Source: Emiliania huxleyi CCMP1516
Lineage: Eukaryota
NCBI RefSeq assembly: GCF_000372725.1
Contig: NW_005202428.1
Location: forward strand, 1,597,331-1,661,330
Direction of reading: 5' to 3'
Length of the DNA: 64,000 bases
Of this stretch, positions 1 to 9,715 are shown in pieces. The notes beneath the pieces are model-generated. The model saw nothing but the letters and a program-made list of their open reading frames with translations, did no database searches and was not told where the DNA came from. Made by a program: the position numbers and the translations under genes. Numbering within the stretch: the first letter of the stretch is position 1; every line of letters starts with the position of its first letter.

Positions 1-116
1 AAGTGTGAACAGCGGATTTTGAACAGTGTTCTCCTTGAACGATATCGGTGTCGAAACACCGCTCTGAAGCGCTCACAGCTGCGCAACGAGTTTTCCGCCT
101 TTCTTTGAGTTTTACT

Positions 117-545
117 CCTCTCCTTAAAATCCCTGTGTGGAGTGCTGGGGGGGGGCGACAGGAAGAATGTGGCCCTGAGTTATGTGTACCACGCCAACTC
201 AGGGTGTGTGGCAGCCAGCTGGCTGTGTGTCTTGTGAGCTTGTTTGTGTCTGTGTGTCGCTCGTGCGTGTCGTCATCATCTGTCTCGCGTCCACCCATAC
301 CGCGTTGGTGTCCAGTCCGAGCCTGGCTGTTCTTCACCTTTCTACCTACCTACCTACCTGTGTGGTGGCGGCGTGCCGTCCTCCCATCCCTCCCTTGGGC
401 GTGTCTCTTTTCTTTCTTTCTTTCTTTGAGTTTTATTGTCTGTGTGTCGGCGCGTGTCGTCGTCTTCTGTCCCGCGTCCACCCAGACCGCGCTGGTGTCC
501 TGGTGTCCAGTCCGAGCCAGACTGTTCTTCACCTAACTAACCTTG
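117..545. repeat. Cluster of dispersed-repeat modules, including two retroposon-like ends with (CCTA)n tails
   Basis: GGCGGCGTGCCGTCCTCCCATCCCTCCCTTGG (~366-397) recurs at ~16701 and inverted at ~60040-60070. GTGTCCAGTCCGAGCC..CTGTTCTTCACCT plus a CCTA tail occurs at ~308-360 and ~503-541, and inverted at ~44141-44193. Confidence 0.7.
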
Positions 546-1029
546 AGAAAGAAAGATTGTTTTCAAAAATCTCTCACTCTCTCCTAACGAAACCTAACAT
601 GACAAGCGATCCCACGACAGCGTCTGTGGGGACTAATCCGGGCACCCCCCACTGTGGCCAAGCCGTTTGCTGGCCGTTTAATTGGCACGCTCAGGGGAGT
701 TGAGCAGTAGACCCCGTTGGTACGCATCTTGCGCGCCTGCTTGTTGATGTTTGTCGGCGTCGCCCGCCACCGCCGCCATAAAGATCTGCTGCGTGTCCGT
801 GTGGTGGACGACAAAGGAGGAGGCGTTCGCCGACGCCGCCCCATACACCGTCCGTCCGGTCCGTGTTGGTGCCCACCGCTTCCTTGGCGAACACGTGGAG
901 GAACTGCTTGGTGGGTGTGGCGCAATGCCACCCAAAGTGTCCACGAGCACCAGCCGCCTTATGGCTTTCTCGACCCACTTGCACTTCGCGTCGTAGTACT
1001 GCGCCCCCGTCCACTAAAAAAGACAATTA

Positions 1030-1083
1030 TGTGTGAGTGTTAGAGTTGCTTGGTATTGCTATTGGCATTGAAAAATCTCTCTC
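1030..1083 (+). mobile_element. Isolated 3' terminus of the CRE-like retrotransposon
   Basis: TGTGTGAGTGTTAGAGTTGCTTGGTATTGCTA...AAAAATCTCTCTC matches in reverse complement the termini at ~36890, ~36968, 55846 and 56374. Confidence 0.7.
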
Positions 1084-1140
1084 GAAAAAAGAAGAAAAGA
1101 CGTCGCAGACGAATGATCGCACGAACGTCGGTGGGGACTA

Positions 1141-1770
1141 CATGAAGGGTGGAGGGGCCCGTCCGCGGAACTTGGCGGCACGGGCGCGTCAGTCGCCGAG
1201 AGCACGCCTCTGTCACGTTTCTGTGCGGACGGGACCGTCTTCCCGGCACTCACCAGCCGGACGCAGGCGAACAATGCGGCGCAACGGGGTGAGTTCTTGC
1301 TCAACGGACGGACGGCGCATGGAGCCGCCCGAGTCCACTCTGGAGATGTCCTCACGCTGAACAACCCTCGAAACAACCCGTTGCCCGCGCCACTATCGAC
1401 GCCAGAGGTGCGGCGCGTCGAGAGGTTCTTTGAAGAACTGACCGAGGCGAAGCGGGAGAGGTGGGCGCTTTGAGGTTCTTCACGAGGATGACGAGCTGGC
1501 GGTGGTCTTCAAGCCTCCCGGCGTGCACAGTACGGGATGGGCGGGCACCCGGAAGAAGTGGGGCGCGTCACTCTGTGCGACGCTCTCCCGTTGCTGCTCA
1601 CGGCGCCCTCCCAACGGGCCTCGCTAGCACCGCTCCCCGCGCCCTCGCCTGCGCACCGGCTCGACGCGAGGGTGGGCGGCGTGATTGCCGTTGCCAAGAC
1701 TCGCCGCGCTCTCGCGGGGCTGTCCACGCTGTTCCGAGAGCGCCGAGTGACCAAGGTCTACGTGGCTGGG
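1141..1770 (+). pseudogene. RluA/RluD-family pseudouridine synthase, frameshifted and 3'-truncated
   Basis: S4-like segment (SRTQANNAAQRGEFLLNG) is followed in a shifted frame by VLHEDDELAVVFKPPGVH, then HRLD...GVIAVAKT...VTKVYVA. Similarity ends at about 1770. Confidence 0.7.
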
Positions 1771-2813
1771 TTCACAGCGATTGTAGGAAAGTGTCGGGAC
1801 CAAATCCCGGTCGCGGCCTTCCGACTCGCGCCTTCGCCTCACTGGCACTATTGTAGCCCTGGCCGGTGCGCGTGTGGAGTTGAAGTTCCGGAGTAAAAAT
1901 TCGAACGCGTTCTCTCACGGTGACCAAAAAATGTCCACCTCAGAGGCACCTCCGGAGGCAGGCCGCCGCACGCCGGCGACACAGCTCCAGCTGTCAAACT
2001 GACCCGCAGCTCCTCTCAGAGCGGGAACTGTGACGAAAGTTGACTGAGGCGGTTGTCAGGAATCATCATACGGATCACATGGTGACTCTCTCATGACGGG
2101 AGACCGCCCGACCACTCCTGGGTGGCACTGCCACCGGTGTCGCTCGACGTCCTGTCGACAGCGTGCCGACAGCGACACAGACCATGTGGGACGCGTCGAG
2201 TATCGACCTCTACTGCTTACCCAGCCTTCGAGTGTATCCTGGCTGTGGTCCCACACCCACTGGTGTCCATCTCAGAGACCGCAGGAGGTCATGAGGGTCG
2301 ATGGGAGTGCCAACCCCACAATGCCTAAAAACCCAGCCCAGTACGTGGCCATCGTGGTGGGGGCAGTTTGCATCGAGGAGCTCGCCGGCGACAGGATCGA
2401 CGCTGGAGGACGCTTCACCCGGAGATGCGGCGCTTCGCGAAGCTCCGCGAGCGCGCCGCCTCGGGCGCCGCATACGGCTTTACACGGACGAGGAGTGGGA
2501 GCTTTGGCGAAGCTCGAGGGACGTGAAAGCCACACACCACAAGACTTAGATGCACGTGCGTATAATAAAACAAGAAAAAGCCGGGTCTTGCGCTGTATGT
2601 GTAACATTAGTGTGAGCGTGTGTGCATGTGTGCGGATCTCGGCGCGAAAAATAAAGTATAAACCCCGGTGACCGCCGAAAAAAACGAAAAGAGCTCCACC
2701 GCGCGCACGCGGCCAGGGCCCCACGCTCGGCCACGCCCACGGCCACGCACCCCAACGCACCCACGACACGTCGCTCCCGCCGTGCGTCCCGGCGTGCGTC
2801 CCGGCGCGTGCGC

Positions 2814-4640
2814 TTATGTCGACATGTCGAGAGCGTCGAGCTCCAACTCGACGCTCTCCGCCGCGGCAGCCCCTTCCGCCGGTTCCGGTTCCGCTGCCGG
2901 CGGTGCTTGCCGCTCCGCCGCCGCCGCCTCCCCCGCCCCCATCCCCGTCCCTACCCCTGGCATCCCCGTGCGCGCTGCGCTGCTACTCGGGCCGAGCTGC
3001 AGCGCCCTGTGCGCGGCGCCCAACGGAGCGGCGGCGGGCGGGCGGCGCATGGCTGGAGCGCCGACCGGGCTGGTCGGCGTGTTGCTGCGCTGCGAGAGGG
3101 CCGCGGCTACGCCATCGGCCAGCTTCTCGCCACCCGCGCCCTGCAAGTCGTGCGTCGCCGCGCTCGCCTCACTCGCCGAACGCCCGCGGAACGGCGGCGG
3201 ACGAGTCACCGAGGGGGACCCGCTCGTGCTCGACGGCGCCGAAGCCAGCCTAGGGAGGACAGTCAGCCGGCAGCCTTCATTCCAACGATCGGACCGCTCT
3301 CCACGCCCACCCGCGCCGGGGCGTAGCCTCGTGGGGCGAGTCGTCGTGGCGAGGGAGGCCGCCTGGTTGAGCGCGCGGGTGTACTCCTCTTCGAGGGCGC
3401 GGATCTCCGCGTGCAGCTTGTCGCTCTTCTCCTTGGCGACCTGCTCCCGGGCAACCTCGGGCCTTCTTCAGGCCACCTTCAGGCCATCTTGCTCTCTCTT
3501 GGATTGAGTGCGTCGGCGCGAGGAGGCCGTGGACAGTGTCGGGGTGATCTCGGGTGATCTCGGGTGATCTCGGGTGATCTCGGGTGATCTCGGGTGATCT
3601 CGGACCGAGTGCGTCGACGCAAAGATGCCGTGGCCAATGCGGACAAAGCGCCAGAGGCGGACGATGATCAGTGCCATGGCGAGGTCCTAGCGGAGGAGGG
3701 GACAGCAGGGTCAGCTGTGAGTCAGCTGATCCTGTGAGGTGGACGGCTCCACACGCGCATTGTAGTGGGGCAAGGCTAAGGGGTGGCAACCCTCGTCTTC
3801 ACGTCCAGGAGAGACAGGAGCCCCACGCGGCGTTTCAAGTGCAAGGTCCGGTTCCGGTGTGCGCGTGGAGAAGACGCGGAGATGGTCTCGGGTGATCTCG
3901 GGTGATCTCGGGTGATCTCGGGTGATCTCGGGTGATCTCGGGTGATCTCGGTCCTGCTCGGGCATGGAGAAGACTCTGAAGACGGTCTCGAGGCCGAGCG
4001 AGACGGTGATGACGATGAGGTCGAGCACGTAGAGCGGGTTCCTGCGCAAGTATGAACCACCCAATCAATGAGCAATGATGGAATGGGTTGGGTCGAACAC
4101 ACGCAGGAGCAGGTTGCCGGAAGAAGGCTCGGTCGAGGCTGGCGATCAGGCCGAGCAGCTCGAGCTCAAACACGACGAGCACCTTCATCAAACAGTTGAT
4201 AGAGTGCGTTATCAAGTAGGCGAGGCAGCCGCTCTCGAGCACAACCCTGGCACACCGTCAGCGAGACTCGGAAGAGGAACTTGTGGAACTTGTGGGCCAA
4301 ATCGTGCTTGTGGCTGTCGCACCCGATCCTGCCGGTCGAGTCAAGGTGGCTGTGGCCTAAAGTGGTTCAGCAGAGAGCAGACCTTGAGCTCTAAAGGGCG
4401 TGTCGATCTTTTGGAGCTCTGGTGTGTGGCTGTCGCCTTGCCCGGCGCAGATCTCCGCCTGATGAATCATGAGTACTCAGTGAGTTGACTGACGTTGCTC
4501 TGCCTTCCGCGGCGCGGCTCTCGGCCCTCGTCTCGTCGTGCTCGAGGTGCAGGTCGCCCTGTCATCACGGCGAGAATGAGAATGAGGGATGACAGAGAAG
4601 ATTCGTGGAATGATGGATGGCATGGCAATGAAGGTGACTA

Positions 4641-4700
<60 letters not shown>

Positions 4701-5880
4701 GCAGTGGAGTAGAGGTAGTAGCGGACGGGCCTGCACGCTCTTGCCGAGCGAGAGGATGGTCCTAGTAGCAGTGGGCAACCTTCAATGATTCAGTCCATTC
4801 ATTCCTTGCGGCCGCCGAGGAGGAGGCACTGAATGGCGTCGGCGGCGGCGGCGGCGCTGTAGTCTCCGGCGCCGATGCAGCCGCTGTCGCAGCAGGGAAT
4901 CGCGTCGCGGAGGACGTACATGCACGAGGGGAACTCGGCGTCGATAAAGAGCTCGCCAAAGACGGCGATCACGTCGCAGACGAGCAGCAGTGTCAACAGC
5001 GCCTGTGGGGAAGGGAAGGGTCGCTCCGGGAAGGGTCCGGGAAGGGTCCGGGAAAGGGCAGGGAAAGGGCAGGGAAAGGGCAGGGAAGGGTCGGGGTCGA
5101 GTCCGGGAAGGATCCGGGTCAGAAGGGTCATCGACAGCTCATGGGGGTGAGCCGACCCTCCGCGTGTGTAGAGCTGCGTCGGGAGCAGTAGGGGGCGGGC
5201 GGGCGGGAGGAAGAGGCAGCCGGCCTGCAGGCGCGGGCTGTGGAGAAAGGCAAGTAGCTTCGTCTGCCACGCATATGGACCGCGACGGGACGAGAGCGCC
5301 CGCGCCTGGGGGGCGGAGAGAGGGCGCTGAATCCGGGCTCGTGTGAAGGGTGAACCGCCGCGTGAGCACAAGGGGCTACGACTGCAGGGAAGCAGTCCAC
5401 TCACTGCTGCAGAATATCGCGCATGTGTCGGGTTTGATGGTCGCACTCGTCGCGAGAGCTAGCTGCGGTCCGCGCCTCGGAATCGGCGGAGACCCACTTT
5501 GCGCCTCGCCGCTGCTGGGACTGCATCCAAACGGCGTCGATACTGTTGACGATCCCATGCAGTTGCGCGGACCACGCGGCGGTGTTTTCACGGAGGCTCG
5601 TGAGGGAGCGGAAGGAGCCGTTGCGCTTGATTCGTGGGGAGTACAGAGAGCCGCTCGAGCTCCCGCGTGTGACCCGCGGCGGGGTTAGAGTGCCAGACCG
5701 TTTGGAGACCACCGCACCCGGGAGGTTCGGCCGCACCCGGTCCCACGCGCTCGTCGGTCCGTCGGCGACTGGGCTAGGCAGTGGCGTGGGTGGGAGGGCT
5801 GCCGCTGAGCCTTGCTCCGCATCCGTCTGCTCTTCGGCCGGCTCCTCGTCCTTTAAACGCTTGGGCTTTATTTTTTCCAT
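2814..5880 (-). CDS. Voltage-gated proton channel (Hv family), multi-exon
   Basis: S1 LLLVCDVIAVFGELFID with the conserved Asp (~4940-5002), S2 VLVVFELELL (~4150-4182), S3 NPLYVLDLIVITVSL (~3995-4040), S4 IIVRLWRFVRIGHG with the RxWRxxR Hv signature (~3625-3670), then a coiled coil KSDKLHAEIRALEEEY. No pore domain. Exon limits of the S1-S2 loop are uncertain. Confidence 0.9.
3542..3602. repeat. Intronic 10-bp tandem repeat (GGGTGATCTC)n; second array at ~3889-3950
   Basis: About six exact copies. Related arrays at ~25636-25692 and ~46675-46750. Confidence 0.95.
4644..4696. repeat. (GA)n microsatellite in an Hv intron
   Basis: Uninterrupted GA run. Confidence 0.95.
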
Positions 5881-6114
5881 TGCGATCTTCCTCAGAGCTC
5901 TCGCACTGCGCGCTGTGTGCGTCGGGCTCTCAGTGCACAGCGTCTCAAAAAGAGAGATATCGCGTGACCCCTGGATGTGAGGTTACTGACTGCACTCCAA
6001 GTGCTCCAAGTGTGATTGGGTTGTCTCTTTCCTCTCTTCCTTACTAACGCAGGGGAACAAGAGACAACTGGCGGGCCTGTTCGCTGCGCTTGCTCTCACC
6101 ACACTCAGACCTCA

Positions 6115-6990
6115 CTAGCCAGCGCCCGCAGAGGAGCACCGTGAGAGGGGAGAGGGCCACGGCGGTTCGTGCTCCTCCTGCGCGTCGCCAGGCCGCCTGG
6201 GCAGTGGCGACGGCGCCAGCAGCGCCTCCTCCGCCTCGACCATCGCCCCGCCCAACCCGGCTAACGGCGGGACCCGAGGGGGCCCGGCCTTGCGCATAGC
6301 GAGCGCCGCCGCCGCCGGCCTGCCCCCGCGGTCGTCGGTGCTCCCGCGGTCGTCGTCTTCGGTGGCGTCGTCGGCGTCGTCGGTGACGTCGTCGACGTCG
6401 GTGGCGTCCGAGGAGGCGAGCTCGCGCAGCTCCGCCGCGGCCAGCGACGCGTGCACCGCCTCCGCCGCCGCGAGGGCTTGTGATCCGCAGAGGGTGTGGG
6501 CGGCGCGCACGGTCGCGAGCGCCTGCGTGTGGGTGGGTGGGGGTGGTAGCGGGGGGGGTGAGGGGAGGTTGGTGACGAGGCCGAGAGTGCGGCGGTGGTC
6601 TGCGGTGGTCTGGAAGAGGGGGGGGGGGGGGTCTCGCGGGTGGCGTTCGGCGTTCGGCGGAGGCATCTTTGGAGGCGGCAGCGGCGGCTTGCGGAGGGCG
6701 GCCCCTGCTGCAGCGTCGTTCGCTTCGCAACAGCGCACAGAGCGCGCAACATCGCCTGTGGACGAGGCCAGCGGACGTGTCGCGGACATGTCTCGGACAA
6801 GTCCGGCGCGCGAGGGCGCGGAGCATCGCCGCGTGCGTCGCCGGTAGCTCGTCGTCTGAAGCACGGAGCAGCTCGGGCCGCAGCACCACGAGCGCACCTC
6901 CCCACCGCGCGCCGGCGCCGCCGGCGCCGCCGCTGCTACCGCTGCTACCGCCGCCACCGCCGCCGCCGCCGCCGCTACCGCTGCTGCCGC

Positions 6991-7035
<45 letters not shown>

Positions 7036-7810
7036 TGCCGCCGCCGCCGCTGCTACCGCCGCCTCCGCCTGCCTCGAGGCGGACGAGTGCAGCCTCTCGG
7101 CGGAGGCAGTAGCCGACGAAGGTGCACCAGCGGCCAGCGACAGCGGCCGAGGAGACGCAGCCGCACGCACGGACTGCGCGTCGTCCTTTTGGGGACNNNN
7201 NNNNNNNNNNNNNNNNNNNNNNNNNNNNNNNNNNNNNNNNNNNNNNNNNNNNNNNNNNNNNNNNNNNNNNNNNNNNNNNNNNNNNNNNNNNNNNNNGGGG
7301 TGGGGAGGGCAGGAGTCAGGCGGGCGAGGCCGGGGAGGGGAGGGCGTCGGCGGCAGTGGACGCTTCTCGGGAGGCACCTGCATCTCCGGCGCGCAGCTTG
7401 CTCAGCAGCTGGCGAGGCCGTCCGCGCAGGGAGGGCGGGAGGGCGTCGCCACGCAGGTAGCCGTCGTCGTCCTCCGGCGCGAGGAGTGTGACGCGTGGCC
7501 GGTGCGGCGGCACGCGGCCTCCGAGCTGCTCGGCGCCCGCAAAGACGTCGCCCGCGCAGTACTCGCAGAGCTGCTCTCCGTCGGAGAGCACGGTCGCCTC
7601 ACGCACCTCCTCAAAGCAGCCGCTGCAGATGCCGCTGGTGCGCTCGAGCCGCGTCCCGCACCAAGCGATGCGCTCGCCCGGCGGCGGCGGCGGCGGCGGA
7701 GGCGGCGGCAGCGGCGGCGCAGCTGCCGCGACCGCGACGCGGCTGAAGGCGCCGGGGCTGGGCCGCTTCCAGCCGACGACGGCGCAGGGGCAGTTCATGC
7801 ACAGCGAGCA
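6115..7810 (-). CDS. Hypothetical multi-exon protein with a Cys-rich segment and poly-Ala; spans an assembly gap
   Basis: CSLCMNCPC and CSGC...CEYC motifs in frame. Protein-like segments near 6860-6800 and 6515-6150. No family recognised. Confidence 0.35.
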
Positions 7811-9715
7811 GAGTCTGGGCCGACGCCGATGTGTTTCTTTATTCTGGAAGGGAACAAAAGGAACGACAAGAGAGAGAGAGAGAGAGAGAGAGCAATGGCC
7901 GTTATCCGTTAGTGCGGACGTCGCCGCGGCTCGCCTCTGCCGCGGCGGCTGCTGCGCGCACGCGGCGGCGCCGCTCTCTCGCGAGACGGCTGGCGACGCG
8001 GCTCGCCGCCGACGTACGGTGCGCTCGTCCGACGGTCCGCAGCGTGGCGTGCGCGGCGCTGAGCGCCGCTCTGCGAGCGCCTCTGCGCCTGCACTGCCTG
8101 CCTCTGTTGCTGTTGGTGGTGGTGGTGCTGCTGCTGCTGGTGCCGATGCTGCTGCTGGCGCGGCGCGGCTGTGCGACTGGGCTCGACGCGCGCGTCGCGA
8201 GCGTCTGACGCGGCGGGCGGCGTCAGGCAGGTGCGCTTCTCTCTCGGGTGGTGGTGGTGGTGCTGCTGCTGCTGCTGCTGGCGGTGCAGATGCTGCTGCT
8301 GGTGCGGCGCGGCTCTCCGACGCGACTCGATGCGCGCGTCGCGGCTATCTGACGTGGCGGGCGGCGTCGCGGGCGGCGGCGGTGGCGGCTCGCGGGTGGA
8401 GGTGGAGGCTGGTGGCTGTGGTGGACTTTGAGTTTATTTCATGGTCGTGTACGGGGACCGGGGGGTCAACCGGGAGGCAGGGGGTTCAACCAGGCGACGG
8501 AGGACCGTGGGCCATCGCGGGGACGGGCCCGCCGGAGGCGCGCCCGGTAGATCCGGATGGTCTCACCCGGTGGGAGGCACCGAGGCGTCTGGGACGCTCC
8601 ACTCTACCTTAAGCTCCTGAGGGGCGCGTGGTTTTAACCACGTAGTATGACTACAGCCCACCACAGACACCCTCCCTCTCCACACGTGTGCACACACCCT
8701 CACCCTCTCCCCTCTCCTCTCTCTCCTCTCTCTCTCTCTCCTCTCTCTCCTCTCCTTGTCTGTGTGCTGTCTGCCTGACTCAGGCACTAATTCTGCCGAT
8801 GCGTGATTGTGTGTGGGCTGCTCCGAGGGGGCCCTGCGCGATCCGATGGGTAGGGAGTCTGTGCCCGGGCGGTGTCCGGTGCGGAGTCTCTCTCTGATCC
8901 CACCTGTGGTGTTGGGTGTGAGGTCGTGGAAGCTTCGATCCCAAGGGGGGGAGCCGAGCCCACTCATAACCAACTCTCAGGGGCAGTAGGTGGGCGAGCC
9001 TCGAGCGCGCTCATCTCGATCGTCAAGGCGTCGCTACGCGCGGTCTTCCGCGGGGGGAGCTGCGTCGACGGGTGCGGGACCGCGGCGCAGCCAGTGCCGC
9101 GGCGAGGCCTCCGGCTGTTTGCGGCGGGCGGCTTGCTGCTCGCTGCGATGGCGAAAAACTCGTCTCGCCACACACCAAGGGCTTATGCTCTGGCGAGACG
9201 TGAGGCGCATGCGCCCAGGAGGGGAGGGGGCATGTGTAACGACACTGCTAGAGATGCCTTTCGGGGCCCAGAGATAAAACTTCTGTGATGCCATGCGTGA
9301 CCTAGTAGTGTCCCCAGCTATGGGCGTGTCCACGTTGGAGCCAGGTGTGGTGTGGGCGCGAGAATAGCTCCGCCGTTCATGGAGGCAACCGATGCGAGTC
9401 GACTGGTGTGTGTCGTCGTGGTTTCGTATCAAGAATTCTCTCTCTCTCAAGGAACGACAAACACGGCTTCTATTATTTCCACCCTTATAAGTCTCTCGTG
9501 TCGGCGCCGACGCTCTTGGTTTAACCGTAGAACGTCCCAGCCGAAATCCGCCCGCCGACGATCGATCAGTCCACAATCGTCGGCCCGCACCCCGCAGCGA
9601 CCCGCAGCGATGGATGCCGCCCCCCACGGCCCCTACGGCCGACGGGCCGATGCACGACCGGCCTCCGTCGGACGGCTCTCCGGCCTCTCCGGCCGCTGCC
9701 GCCCGCGCTGCTGCC

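Noticed and set aside
7197..7295. N runs (also 31505-31733, 53492-53591, 62180-62279)
   Set aside because: Assembly gaps next to low-complexity tracts, not biological features.
7488..8612. 374-aa plus-strand ORF
   Set aside because: Low-complexity antisense read-through of repeats with no domain signal.
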